A stretch of 59,586 nt of DNA, filler included, from Sphacelaria rigidula (Eukaryota), in NCBI GenBank assembly GCA_964200075.2. It is 8 parts of 8 records of this genome, joined end to end, with 100 filler letters (N's around TTAATTAATTAA, not from the genome) between each part and the next. Parts side by side here need not be neighbours in the genome. Positions count along the whole stretch, not along the records: positions 37,306 to 44,666 come from CAXNAA020015260.1; positions 44,767 to 52,126 come from CAXNAA020015261.1; 6 more parts are not named here. One strand, written 5' to 3'. Positions 37,306 through 50,740 of the stretch are shown here, in pieces; the stretch's first letter is position 1; each line of letters opens with the position of its first letter. Position numbers and translations under genes: made by a program. A model generated the notes under the pieces. That model was not told the origin of the DNA and did no database searches. It saw only the letters and a program-made list of their open reading frames with translations.

Positions 37306-37973
37306 TCCCCACGCCGTACCGACAAGACCGGTCATGGCCTTCGTCGGAGGACGGGGAACGGAGTGTATATTCCATCTGAATTAAATCTCAAGCCATGTTT
37401 CTTCTGTAATCCAACCCAAGCGTATGTTCGAATATCCATTATCAATAAATCAAATCAACCGAAAAGAACCCGCTGGGTGCCATGATCTATGAACGAGTTC
37501 ACGCCATCAAATGCGTCGACCCCCTGACTCCTTTCGTAACCATAGCACTTGTTTGGAAATTTTTGCATACACGCCAAGAACTAAATGCAGACGAAAAAAT
37601 AATTCAAGCTACGTTAACATCTCGGTAATACTAGCTACCGAGGTTAATACGATCAAACTCGAACGGAATTGCCGTAGCACATACGATACAATTAAAGGGT
37701 CGGACCGAGATGCCTACGTGGTATCAAAGTCATGAGCCTGAATGTTCAAGCGTGTTTGACCCGAGCCAGCTACTTCTACGCAAAATGATCCCCAACAAAT
37801 CCTAAAACACATAGTAAACCACGCCAATCATCAACTATTGCAAGTTTGACACATCAAGTGAAATCATTGCAGCCAGGCAGTAGTCGCATAAATGCAGCCT
37901 CATTCAAAACCGATGGGTCTAAAACCTTCTGAAAATGAAAACGACGCGAAGCATGAACCTACTGTGAGGACGT

Positions 37974-38452
37974 CGCCAATGCCGCTCGCCGGCAGGGGGG
38001 GAATCAAGTTAGTACCGTCGCCGACCCGCCGGAATCCCCGCAGCCGCTGAATCACGCGGTGAAACCCTAGCCGCTACCGACGCCCCGGTCACCAACACAT
38101 GATGCGATGCAGTTGTTGCCGACTTCGTCGATACCGTCGCCGACATCACGGCAGCCACTGCCGCTTCCTCATACTCTGCTGACTTGATCATGGCGATGAA
38201 GTCGGCAGGTATGAGGAAGCGGCAGTGGCTGCCATGATGTCGACGCCAGTATCGATGAAGTCGGCGGTAGCTGCCATGATGTCGGCAACGGTATCGACGA
38301 AGTCGGCAGCAGTTGCATCGCATCATGTGTTGGCGACCGGGGCGTCGGTAGCGGCTAGGGTTTCACCGCGTGATTCAGCGGCTGCGGGGATTCCGGCGGG
38401 TCGACGACGGCACTAAATTCATCCCCGTCCCTGCCGGCGAGCGGCATTGGCG
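37974..38452. repeat. Near-perfect inverted duplication (~480-nt hairpin)
   Basis: 37974-38189 pairs with 38195-38452; ~5-nt loop; ~40-nt extra duplication in the right arm. Confidence 0.95.
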
Positions 38453-38861
38453 GTGGTTGCAGAAGCTGCATACGCAGAACGGTTCGCACAAAAGCTACAC
38501 CGCTTGCCGAGGAAGCGGGCTGGACACTGACACCTGAGGGATCAGGTATAAAGCTTGTCACGGAAGCGAGCTGGACACGAACACCGAGAGGGGGAAATAC
38601 AACGGCTCGGGCGGAGATATGGTGTAAGCCAACACTGGGGAGACAGTACAAAACGTTTCTTTCTGACGCTGAGGTTGTGCCGACACTCGGGAGCTCCACA
38701 CAAGAATCAATTTCGTTCGTAGGTGAACGAGACGCTACAGTACAGTAGCCGCAGAAAATCACCTCTGCTGGTGCGGAAAGACTCTACGGGTACAACGCGA
38801 AGATGGAGAGTCGGTGGCAACAGACGCAGCATGCGCCGGTGAACATTCTACAGTTGAATAT

Positions 38862-39124
38862 AAATTAACTCCGCTACGGGGGGACGAAAAATAAAATTCC
38901 CTCGTGGAGGAACGAGACTCTGCGGGAGTAGGGGGAAATTAGTTTCGCTACTAGATGTGAGGGTGCCGGGCGAAGAACGGAGCTCTATAGAAGTAGATGA
39001 ATCAACTCCGCTACTGCGGGAAGGAGACCAATTTCGCTTGTGGAGGAACGAGACTCTGCGGGAGTGGGGAGAAATTAGTTTTCGCTACTCGATGTGAGGG
39101 TGCCGGGCGAAGAACGAAGCTCTA
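38862..39124. repeat. Tandem duplication, period ~137 bp
   Basis: AACTCCGCTAC...GTGGAGGAACGAGACTCTGCGGGAGT...GATGTGAGGGTGCCGGGCGAAGAACG twice. Confidence 0.9.
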
Positions 39125-39149
39125 GACGCAAACGAATCCTTCTCGCTAT

Positions 39150-39590
39150 GGGCGGATGAGGGGGTTGTGGCTGTAGGCGCCACAATGTGGCCATATGTTG
39201 GGGGGAAACGCGTGGGCATTTGCGATGAAAATCGCGAAGTACGGTCAAAACGTAATCTGCCATAAATAAATGTACCCCAGTCGAATTTACGATAATATCG
39301 TGTCTTCTGCACGTGGTGAAGGGAGAAACAAAATTAACTTGACACCTTCTACCACGAATACACCGGTCAACTGGACACAAAAATCTGTGGAGGGAGCAGA
39401 AAAATGTGTAGAAGATTCCACGTGGAATCTTAATTTCAGCTTACCAACTGCTTCGACCGGAAATGTGGTTCCGTCACCCATGATGACATTCTTAATACCC
39501 TGAGGAGGGGGTCGTAGATCAAAAACATTCTTCATGTTTCCGGTAACATGATTGGAAGCACCAGGGTCTGCTATCCACTTTTCTCTACCG
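39150..39590 (-). pseudogene. Copia aspartic protease remnant
   Basis: EKWIADPGASNHVTGN...VIMGDGTTFPVEAVGKLKLRFH (WxxDSGAxxH type). Confidence 0.85.
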
Positions 39591-41262
39591 TCTTACTCGA
39601 TAGATTCTGCCTATTGAACAGGGCATGTCCACGCAAATCAGTACTGACAAGCCGGAAACGAGACGCGCCTTCCGGCATGGAGCGCGCCATGCATAGCTGC
39701 AGATGCTCCGACTGATGTGACGCATCGGCAGGAAGTGCTGAAGTGGAAGCGGGGGCTGTGGCGCGGTGATGTTGCTGTTGTAGGACGTAGTGACGGTAGG
39801 CTGGTGGCTGATGTTGGGTAGGAGGGTAGTTGAATGGAGGTTGGTTCGTGTGTGGTGGATGATTAGGTTGGTGCGGGGGTTGCAGTGGCTGATGTAGTGT
39901 CGAGGGCGGATGCTGTACGTAATCGGCGTCTCCATTGTCATCGGAAGTATTTGCGTCATTCTGGGCGAAGTTACCTCCGTCGGCATAGCCCTCAAACTGT
40001 TGTGCTGGGTTGGCATGGGGACGTGTATCGATTGGAGACCGATTACGAGGGGGTGATATCCCCCGTGGTGCGGTGTGCGGTGAGGTTGTCGTCTCGAAGC
40101 GCGGTATCGACGCGGTGGTGATGATGTATAGGAGTAACGGCTACCCCTATCTCCATCATATCGACCGTACCTTGATTGATGCTGTTCATGGCCGGAGCTG
40201 ATGTGCTCGTGACCTCTATCCCGGCCATGGCCGTATCTTCGGGATGGATCATTGTGTTTGATGTTGTGATCGTACGGGGTGTTATACCCCCTATGGTCGG
40301 AGTAACAATCGCATTGTTGGTGGAAGGAGTTGGAGGAATTCTGGAGGTTGTGGTCCCGGTGGCGCCCTTTGCCCCCCCCCCACCATTTCGCCGTCCCCCG
40401 ATGCGACACTGTGGTAAATTTTGGACCCTGCAGCAGCCAGGGCATGGCTTAATGAGGACCCTACCTTACTCTTGGACACTTCTCACTCTGCGCGCGCCGT
40501 CTTAATTGTACGCTCTAGGGTTTCAGTATCTATTTCTGGCATCGCAAGAAGCATGTCTCTCTGAAACTCATAATCAGATGAAAGTCTTCGCGCAAAGTGA
40601 CGGTTGGCATTCGAGTCTGATCAAATGAAACCAAAACACTGTCTCTTGTGCCTGATCAGAGTAGCCCTGCTCAGAGAAACTAAAGATGACTCACCCAGGC
40701 CCATCTCAAGTGTCTGCCATTCCTGCTCAAGACGGGTCTTGGGTGCCGTGGAGGATACAATGTAGTACTGAACTGAAAAGTCCCACGCTTCGCTTGAGCT
40801 CCCATATATGGCCAGGTGTTCCACTGGTCGCGGCATGGTGATATTTTCGATAATGATATCCCCAAGCTCTCTGAGCCATGTCGACTGCAACATTGCCAAC
40901 CTGGCTTTGTAGTGTATGTTCCGGCTCGGGGAAGACCCTAATCGGTATGTCCGTTAAAAGCGCATCGTAACACCTCTCCTGCCGGAATTAAGCAGTCATC
41001 TGAACTTCGAACACACGAAATGTCGCCTCCAGGATTTCTCCAGCCTTTACAGAGCCATCCCAAGGGGAGATACTACTGTGATTACATTGACTATGCTTGT
41101 TTGTGCCCTCTGTTGCTCCAGGTAGTTATCGTGCCTAGTCTCAGGGAAAATCCCCGGGTTACCCAATCGATCTTTGTTGGCTGTGTTAGTATCAAGAGGA
41201 TTATCCTGTGCACCAGTGCTCTCTAAATGCATGACTCTCTCTCTCTCTCTCATAGTCCGCAA
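39590..41262 (-). pseudogene. Copia gag remnant
   Basis: SSSEAWDF..YY...KTRLEQEWQTLEM.LGES...NRHFARRLSSDYEFQR (UBN2-type gag), then SHALAAAG and a G/Q/P-rich tail; many stops and frameshifts. Confidence 0.7.
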
Positions 41263-41358
41263 TTGCGTCGCGTCTCGCCTGCTGTTTCGCAGCTTCTATC
41301 AGCTTTTTTCTGGGTAGCCATTGCTCAACCGTCTCTCTGCTTCTTATTGCCTGTAACC

Positions 41359-41680
41359 TATTATTATCAAACGTGTCTGCGGAGCTGTCTTATCGCTAGC
41401 GTAATCGACAACCTCATACATGAGGTGCTTTTGACAGAGGGCAACTTAAATTATCTTCTTGTATTATTTTCTCTCATACTCTTGACTCACCAATCACACA
41501 CACACACCGCATGCACGCTCCTCCAGAGCTCGAATAAGCACTTCAAATATATCCCCAAAAGTACACACAAGGGTCGCCGTGGGGGGGTCTCATGACATGC
41601 GGTACAGATGTCATGCTGCAACCCCGTGTTGCTGGTTGGTCCACTTACATACAGTATCCAACCTTAATCCGCATTCAATA
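41359..41680 (-). repeat. Probable Copia 5' LTR
   Basis: Minus strand TATTG...TAATA followed by GGTTACAGGC (cf. copia GGTTATGGGC PBS). Confidence 0.5.
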
Positions 41681-42939
41681 TTACCGAGATTATATACGAA
41701 CCAGTACAAGTAATCACATACAAGGATCCAGTCCGGACATATGTTCGAATAGTTGTCCTATCCCACCTCTTCATTTATCGGCTCGGACTTCATACCGTGC
41801 ACCGCGTTCTCGCTTTGCTTTGCTTTGCTTCGTTCGGTGCTGTGGTTCGTTGTTCTATGGATCGACTCTGTTGGTCTGTTTGTCGTGTGTGACCGTGTGG
41901 TTTGTTTCCGCCCTTCACCGTAACAGTAGGTCAGAGACGATGGAAGGGTACTTGCGGTGTATGCTTGTGGCCGATTTGGCGATTGAGGCACAGGTGAGGG
42001 AACTACAGTATGTCTGCGGTACTGTAGATGGCCGCTGTACGAGGCACAAGATGCATACGGCTTGTAGGGGTTTGGCATGGGAAGGGTAACATTCTTGCCG
42101 GCTTTCGTTATTTACGCATGTAAAATTCGCCGGTGTTCCGTCCTGGCATTCCACAATATTCCCACAGCGAGAATGTGCAGGAAAATTCATCTCGTGCGGT
42201 TACTGTTGCATTTTGTAGAGCCTTGGGCTGTTTTCGCTGCTGTGAAGACCCGGGTTCGCGTATGCATGGTACACGCCGTTCGGGATTTTGTTGCATTTTT
42301 TTTCCCAGCAATATTCGGATGCAAAATGTTCAGCCGAAACTCAACAATGTTCTCCTTTTTTGTGTTTCTAATTGTGTCAACGTCCATACGTGATCTGATA
42401 TGTTTGTCAGCAGTTGATCGTCCGTACTGTGTAGGCATTGGAAATCTATCGATATTGAGGGGGGTATCCATAAACTGCTTGAAATCGCTAAAAAACAAAA
42501 AAGTTACAGTATATAAAGGATCGGATGGGGCCGCCTATCGGCGGCCACTTCCTCCACGAAAGGCGTGGAAAGAATGAAGGTTAATTGCGGGATGGTGAAG
42601 GCAGTGACTCCCACCAAGAGGTTGAGCCAGATATTTGACGTGTGTATCAGGATATGAAACTGTGTTGTATGTGATGAGTAAAGGAAGGAAGATCTGGCAT
42701 GGGTGTGGCATGATGGGTATGAAGGAACGCGAACGTTGAGAGCGCGGAATGGTGGATGAAACACACTGAGTTTTGTTCCACGTGTTAAAAGTGTGAAGAA
42801 CGCGGAAGACCCGAATGTGTCACAGAAAATGCGTTCTGATGAAAAAAAAACTAAAACATGGAGAAAACAGTGGATCCGTTCTCCAAAAGTAGGAGTTTGC
42901 TCAGAAGTTGACATTTTGCTTACTAAAGAGCAACATCTC

Positions 42940-44582
42940 CACGGTTAGGAAAGTCAACTCGTGAGTCAACTCATAGTCATCATTTCAACGAATAAATCAT
43001 ACGGTTCGTACATCATTTGTAATTCACACAGCCAACCCTTCTTCATGAATCAAGGCGTGAATGGCTTGTACATGTACGTCATGTGTGACAAGTTCGACGT
43101 GAGCGTCCGTATATGTTCCCCACCTTCGGATGAATGCGGGAACTACATAAGTCATACAGGCTAATTTATCTGAAGTCATGGGCTCTGAACCACACACACG
43201 TTTCTCCAACCTGTACTGCGCGCAAGATGTCTGCACTGCACAATATGTTACTTCCTCGAACACGTAGGTAAAGGCGGTTATGGGGCACAGATCAGATCTT
43301 TTGAACGGAAGCATGTAAGATGCTGCAGTTAGATTATTTGGGAAGGTACAGTGACGGAAATACTCACGAAAAAAAAAATCCGAGTTGGTATTGTAGAGAA
43401 ATCGTGGGTTAAATTTAATCAAATTTTGGCCGATTTCGTCCAACTTGCACCGTTTTCGGGCGAATTTGGACGATTTGTGCCTGTGTTTATCGTGAATGTA
43501 GCCCACAACATGACCACACGCTTTCAGACGAGGCGTAGGTATCGTCTATCAATGATGGAGCGCAAACAAAAACCGTTTTTTTGCATATTCTTGCGGTTTT
43601 GGCCATTTTTCCGAGTTTCAGTTTTTCTCCCCTTTTTTTTTTTATTTTGGAAAAAACGTCCATTTCTGGGTCCACTGCCTTTGTTTCAGCCGCTGGTCCA
43701 TGCTGGAGGCTGCGCCAAAAAAAAAGGAAGGACGGGATTCAACAAAAAAAATGACAAATATTTCGAAATATCATCGCTGACGCCATCGGACACGGTCAAG
43801 GGACGTATGAACATAACCGACTTTACTTGTGTGCTGGAGGAAGTATATGTTATCCACCCTCGGGTGAATGTGGGACCAACACTCGGCAAAGAGTCGAATT
43901 CTGTCATTTCATGTTCATGGGGCCTGTATCACGCGTACTTTCTCCCATGGGTAATGCGCTGCATATGTGTTATCCACCCTCGACTCAGCGGACCAATGGT
44001 TGATACAGCATGACTGCTTGCGCATCATGACGAGTCAACATAACACCACACTCGGCAGGTACAAGGGAGGCACGGCAGTTCGCTGCAGCTGTTGAGTACC
44101 GTGCACGAGCGGTACCTCTGCGTAATGGTCGGAAGATGCGTGCTTCCAATCAAGAACCATCGACACATGGTCGTATGCTGTTGTGTTGGCGCCTCACAGG
44201 AAGGAAACACGCAGTAATGTACTGAAAGCACCTGTACGGCGGATTGCTCCGCCGTGCTGGGAGTACAACACGGAGCTCTTTTCACTTTTCTGTGCTTCAG
44301 ACTAACCGACAGCGAAGGGGATGTGGCCGGTACCATAGTATAGGAAAGAAACATGGAGGATATTGAAGATTGCACATCGTGAACAAAGTTGCGCAGTGGT
44401 GTACGGTGGTTCACCGCGGTTGGCAATTGCTGTGTAAAAACAGACCTCGACGGAATCCACTCGGGGTTTCCTTGTCCGGACCCAAAAACACGGTTAGGAC
44501 AAATCAACTCGTGAGTCAACTCAGAGTCATTATTTCAACGAATAGATCTTACTATTCGCACATCATTTGTAATTCATACAGC
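42940..44582. repeat. Direct repeat pair of ~93 bp (42940-43032 and 44489-44582)
   Basis: CACGGTTAGGA..TCAACTCGTGAGTCAACTCA.AGTCAT.ATTTCAACGAATA...CATCATTTGTAATTCA.ACAGC. Confidence 0.8.
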
Positions 44583-44666
44583 TTCTTAGCTTGTGCGTGG
44601 TGCAGTATAACCCGAAGGTACCCGCTTCATGCCTTCCATGAATACCGGGGTAAGTAATGGGCACAT

Positions 44667-44766
44667 NNNNNNNNNNNNNNNNNNNNNNNNNNNNNNNNNN
44701 NNNNNNNNNNTTAATTAATTAANNNNNNNNNNNNNNNNNNNNNNNNNNNNNNNNNNNNNNNNNNNN
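44667..44766. other. Artificial contig linker
   Basis: Same linker. Confidence 0.98.
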
Positions 44767-44980
44767 GAGCCTAGCCCACTTTTCAGATTCGCTTGGCTTT
44801 AAGGTTTCGAGAGTGGCCGCTGAACAATAATCCGTGCGCAATGAAATCTATGGCGATTTCAACAGATTATTGGGCAAACTGCCGTATATTGGCAAGCACA
44901 GATTATTTAACACATATCATTGTTAAGCCGCCAATCTCGAAACCTCGGAGCCCAGCCAATCTGAAAAGTAGGCTAGGCTC
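44767..44980. mobile_element. MITE with ~62-bp TIRs
   Basis: GAGCCTAGCCCACTTTTCAGATT... versus ...AATCTGAAAAGTAGGCTAGGCTC; left end at the contig edge. Confidence 0.75.
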
Positions 44981-46170
44981 CTCTCTGTGGGGTGATGCAA
45001 AATGTCCGAGACGTGTGTCAGCGATTTTTCCTGTTTGGGGGTCGAAAAGTGTGTCAAACGTCCCAAATGTGAACAATCCGTGGGCCAAAAATCTGTTTTC
45101 CATAACATCCGGCCAAACAACGTTTTTATCCCCGCGCGCTTGAGAGTTGGACGACGAAATTGAATCATGATCTAGTTTTCAGAAAAATGCCGACAGCCGA
45201 CGAAAAAAAAATCCGCCGCGTATTCTTTTATCATGCCCTATTCATTCTCCGCACCACTTTTGAAAGTTCAACTCTCCAAATTGAGTTGAGGCAGAGCGAT
45301 TTAAAATCGAGCCGGGTGAAATTCGGAACAGTATTATGCAGGCGATTTACCGGCCCAGGTTTGGTACTTGTGCTTTGAAATATCAAATATTGTGTGGGAC
45401 CTCGCTAGGCCATAATGAACCAAAAAATAGTGGGATAGGTTGATTTCTTTCACCTGTTGAGGATGTTTTAGTATAGTGAAGACCACACGATCGCGATAAC
45501 GCCCATATCTCTTAGAAAATAAAGAGTCCATGTAAAAAAACAAGTCTTCGCGATTCTTCATGCTAAGTTTGAAATCACATTTCTACAAATTGAGCTAAAA
45601 AACTGAGATGAGGTAATAATGTTCATTTTTCCTTGAAACTCCCTGAAAAACGAAAATGTATATATATATTGAAAACTCATGTTTGAAAAACTATATCATG
45701 CACTACCGATTCTCCATAAGAAATTTCAAAGCACCACTCTCAAAAACTGAGACGCGATACCCAGATTGAGTGAATTTAGTGCCTCCGCTCGTAGTATATT
45801 AATTTTAGTAGTAGTGGAACCTTGTGTGCGCCATTTCTCGAGGTAGATGACGAATTGCGTAAAGGTGAGGATATCTGTCGTTTCCCCGTTTCCAGGGACT
45901 GTCCGCTCAAAATCGTCATCATCCGCTGAATGTATCATTCGGGGTTTCATGTAGGTTTCAGTATGGACGCTATGTCCGTACGGTGTAGGAATTACTAGAC
46001 ATGAGGTTTAATCATTGAGAAAAAAAAACAGCCCAGACTTTTGAGCAGATGGATACCTTCCCCTTGATTTGACGATCCACACGATATGCAGATCACAACC
46101 CAACTCGTCAAGTCGAAAAGATATTGGCTTCGAGAGCTTAAACCCGTTTCTAGGTTGGACTTAGGGTTAG

Positions 46171-46305
46171 AAACGTAACGAGCGCCCAAATGTTGGAGGT
46201 GTCTCTATTAGGAGTAGGAACCGTGCTCCGTCTCACCGGGATACGCGGCTAGGGGTCAGATGACTAAGGCGGGAAACAAATGAGTGCCTCGCCCCCCCCC
46301 CCCCC
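46171..46305 (+). mobile_element. LINE 3' end (same family as 14550-14822)
   Basis: KRNERPNVGGVSIRSRNRAPS...ATGACTAAGGC...AACAAATGAGT + C-run. Confidence 0.8.
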
Positions 46306-47850
46306 TCTTCCCATCCAAGGCAGCAATGGGGACGACAGAAACGAGATCACCGTGTACAGCGCTGCCATGTTCTCGACGGACGGACAGTGACGAAGCTGAA
46401 GACACGGAGAACACGAGGAAGCGGTCGAAGAGAGGGTTGGAGGAAATCCTGGCAGAACTGGATTCAATCGGTATGTTCGATGATGCGCCGCTCGAACAGG
46501 GAGATTCTCTTCCTCCAGAAGGTATGTTTGCAGTGCAGATTCCGTCCACGGCTTGGGCACATCGTGAAGAGAAAAACTGAGTTTGTGTAGCTTTGATCGA
46601 ATGGCGAAAATACTGGCAACAACGACAGCAGCAACTATGCGATGATAGATGAGAGAGCAATAATGGCAACACACCCTGGACAAGGGGCAACATGGGCAAG
46701 GAGTGTGCTGCGTACAATATCGAATATGTAAGTGACTATTTTGGTTGACAAGGTGGTCGATGCTGTACTCACTGAACTTTTTTTGCCAGTGTCATCTTTT
46801 ATCCGGAGTCTGACTGACTATTGGCAATTGAGCGCGTCCACGGTGCAGTAGGCCAGGACAGGGCACTGTCGATTCGGATATATATATATATATATATGCA
46901 TATATTCTACCTTCATTCCTGCTCATCATATCACCATCGTCATCATCATCTCCTACACATTACTAGCGTAATGTCTCCCCGTCTCATACTTGAATTAGTA
47001 TTCACGTGGCGCTCAAACCCATACTTAATCCGGGTAAAAAAAATGGGAATCGGAACATTTTTCCGTTGTAAACTACCGTAGTATGTGTCTGCCGCCTCGG
47101 GGGTATATCCACCGCATTAGTCCTCCACCCTGGGGGTATATAGTCATGCCAACAAAAAACGCATGGCCCAAACTAAAGTTCCAAGACTTTTCTTCTAGAG
47201 GTGGAATATCGCCGCATCACTCCAAAGTCCCCCTATACACGTACAAATCGACGGTAGAAAAACACACACAGCTCGAGCCGAAGCTGCTCTCAAATATGTC
47301 CACATTTTTATGAAAAACGATCATTTGTATGACCCGCCGTGATTTGTGTGCCATGCCGTCAGATGTGCCTCACTGACGACCGACTTGCGTGTAATAAAAT
47401 ATTTTATATGTTTGTTGTTCGATACAGAAAGGGTTACCGTCAAACGACGCTAGCATGTAGATTACCAAGGGCCACCGCTATCGCGTGAGTAATGAGTGGG
47501 TGTATGTGCGTGTTTTCGGGGGCTCCGTGTGTAGGTGTCGCGTTGCCCTCTTGCGTTTTTTCTACTAACACAAATCAACATGACCGCGGAGGAACTCTTC
47601 AACACAAACACAGCTGCACACAGCTGCTCAGTGGCGCGGTGTTTGTGTTACATTGCTGCTGCTGCTTTTGCCGCTAGATGGTGGTGACCCGTCTGTTCAT
47701 GTGTGTGTGTGTGTGTGTGTGTGTGACCTGTCCTGCTCTTCCTCGCGCCCTTGCTCGTGCAATGTAGCCGTCACTGACTCTACTGTAGGGCGTTAACAAC
47801 TTGTGAGTACCGTTGGCCTCCGCTGTGTTTGTCTATGTACAACACTATCT

Positions 47851-48910
47851 TGGTCGGCGACCAGTGCTGCTTCTACACACTGATTGTTGAAAATGCCATG
47901 ACGTGTTCGCTGTTTCCGTCTTCCGTGTAACGGACGAGGCACTGCCCGCACCGATAATTTCTCTCCTGTAGTTGTCGCTGTACTGTGGTGCGTTCGAACC
48001 CTACAGCCAAGGTTTGGTCTGCGCTAGAGAGTCCCTGAACTGCTACTGCTGCTGTGTTTTCGTCTGTATAGAACCGGGATGGGAACGAACTCTTGTCTCT
48101 ATCAAGGTTGCCCTCTTGCTCCCGACAAAAATGTTGTACTTCCAGCTTGACTGTTGTCAAGTGAGGGAATACACCCAGATCCGGCCTTGCCGGCGTCGGG
48201 TGCAGTACCTGCTTAACGGCGCCACTAATGCTTGAAAGTTTTGGTAACCGTGAGCGTACTGCTCCACTGCTGTGCGGTGTGGCATGCGGTCTGTTGTGTG
48301 CTGTTACTGCTATGTGTGGACATTGCTGTGTGGGCCTGCTGTAGCGGTGTACTGTCGTCTCGAATACACCCATCGTTTGCCCCCCTCGGCGCAGGTGAAA
48401 AAAAAATTGGCACTACTCCCTCAATGATTTTCGCGCGAAGTTTAAAATTGGCACCAAGCTGAAATTGAGGATCCCCTCAACATCAGGGGGGGAATTATAA
48501 CGTGGGACACGCCCTGTTTCACTGTACTGTAGCACAAACATGCTCACGCCCTCTCTCACGCGCTGTTGCTGTCACTGTACTGTAGTGTGTTTAGACCATG
48601 CGAAGACGGCTTGATCTTCGCTGGAACTGCCTGAGTTACTGTATTCTCCATCCCCGTGGGAAATAATAATGTTAGTCGGCACGCAGTGCTGCTGTCTACA
48701 CACTGTTGAAAACTTCACAGTGTTTTTTTATTGTTTTATCTTCCGTAAAAAAAAACAAGGCGTTGCCCACACCGATCATTCTTCTATGCTGTCGTTGTCG
48801 CTGTGTTGTTGTGGTTTGAACTCTCCATGAACATGGTGGGATCTGCGCTGTAGAGTGCCTGAACAGCTGTACTGCGGTCGTGTTCCGGTCTGTACAGAAC
48901 CGACGAGGGA
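47851..48910. repeat. Diverged direct repeat pair of ~230 bp (47851-48083 and 48674-48910)
   Basis: Shared CAGTGCTGCT..CTACACACTG...CACCGAT...TCTGCGCT..AGAGT.CCTGAAC...TCTGTA.AGAACCG. Confidence 0.7.
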
Positions 48911-49729
48911 CTAAGTGTTGCCTATACACATTTGAAGAAATCACGTGATGACTTGTGCAGCCGCACGTCGTCTTGTTCGGTACTTGATTTGTAGTCGGGT
49001 GCTGTGATCGATGGAGACAGACAAGGCGGGTGCGTGCAAGTTGGGGCACACAAACTGAGCCAGCACGGACTGCTGTATCCTCAGCGACTAGTAGGTGATG
49101 GTTGCAGCTGTCTGTCTCGCAGCGACGCAACAAGTCAATCAAGGATCAACAGCAAGTCACTTTTATTAGTGATTGGGTTATGATAATCGAATCAACCTTT
49201 AATGAAGAGTCAACCCTCGTGGTGAAAAGTGTACAAGCCTGCTTGTCGATAACACTGAGAATTGGTCGTTGTTGGGGCAATCAATTTTCGAAAGTGATTG
49301 TTTGAAAAGTGGTCATCACTTTCGATAAGAACCCGCCAACGTGCGTGTCGTGGCAAACGTGCGGTTATCATTATTGTTGTTGTTGTTGTTGTTTCCGCAC
49401 ATTAACTCGATCTCTCGGACCCGTGGTCAAAGACGTGGGTCTCCTCTCCAGGACCATCACTACCATCCCTTTCATGAGACTTCGAAAAAGCAATAAATAA
49501 ACAAGAGAGAAAGTGAGAGACAGACAGAGACAGAGACGGAGATGGGCAGAGCCAGATGACATCCCCAGGTACCCAAACAACGAACGTTTCCAGGAAGACG
49601 GCAGACGCACTATCCAGCATACTACTGTAGAACTCTACTGGTAACACGGTAACAACTTCTGGTGCATGGCGCGCGTAGATCGCATTCACTTGCGTGGTCA
49701 ACAGTGTCATGTACACGTCAACTCCTCCT

Positions 49730-50740
49730 TCTACGACTTGATACCACTCGGAAACATATCGGGGCGGTATGCGTCCATAGTGTCGCGTCTATTCCGACGT
49801 CGAGCAGTACTTGGTGATACTGTGTTGTAGGAGTCTCGCGGGTCGGCCTGCCTTCTTCTCCCCTCCGACCAGGTCTCCACGCAAGGTGTTTGTGGGGCGT
49901 TCGTCGTGCATGCACGCGACTTGGCCGGCGTGTAGAAGGATTCGCCTCATCACGGCAGCCTCGACGCACTCGCAGCCAGTTCTTTCGAGGACCTCGCGGT
50001 ATGTCATCATGTAGCAGTCGGGAGCGCTGCGGCTTGAGGTAAGCTCGTTGAGGCATCCGAGCACAAACACGCGGTGGACTTGTCCACCGCACCGAAGTCA
50101 TTGGGCGAGAGCGTCCAAGTCACGCAGCCGTGCAGCATGACCTTGATCACTTCTGCCCTTTTCAGAACACGATTTTTTTCGGCCAGGGTTGTCGTCCACT
50201 GCTCTGCTGTACTTGGTGAAGCACTTGCGGGCCTGGCCAATGCGGCTGTTGACGGCAGGGGTAACATCGCCGACGCTGTTGGTGGTCTCACCGAGATGAA
50301 CAGTAGAGTTTACCGGCGTTGGACTACAAATGCCCATGGTTGATATTACTTGATTTGAGTGTGTACAACGAGAATCGGAATTTAGTAGGGGCTGACGGTC
50401 CTGTGTGCTCCTCGTGTGCTCAGCCGAACGCGTTTTCGTTGAAATCGGCGCCTGAGCTGCCGATTTTGGGGTCTACCAAGATTGCACTTTTTGCCTAGGG
50501 AATGTATGTACCGCCCTTGCCCGAGGGTTCCCGGTATGGGTTGGATTGGTGTTGGGGTTAGGGTCAGGGGACTCGTAGCGATACTTGTAAATTTGTGTCA
50601 ACCATGGACATTTGTAGCCCAACGCCGGTAAACTAGCCTCGAGATAGACGATAGACTCAACTTGCTTGTACCTGTGTCCTGTCTCCTCCGCCTCGACCAC
50701 GTCCGCTTTCATGCTTGGCGAGCGCATGTGCACATGGTTT
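49730..50740 (-). pseudogene. RTE-clade LINE ORF2 C-terminal remnants (interrupted ~50340-50620)
   Basis: GHRYKQVESIVYL; AEVIKVMLHGCVTWTL; YREVLERTGCECVEAAVMRRILLHAGQVACMHDERP...GGEKKAGRP. Confidence 0.8.

Larger units (their letters stand above)
37520..41680 (-). mobile_element. Decayed, internally deleted Ty1/Copia retrotransposon
   Basis: LTR, PBS-like site, gag, protease, P/S-rich linker, short RT remnant LNEAAFMRLLPGC (~37870-37905); 3' boundary uncertain. Confidence 0.8.

Noticed and set aside
46326-46521. Acidic exon-like ORF ending at GTATGT
   Set aside because: Short, no recognisable domain, no supporting exons
50550-50572. Telomeric TTAGGG-like motifs (also ~28021 and ~46160)
   Set aside because: Only two or three degenerate units
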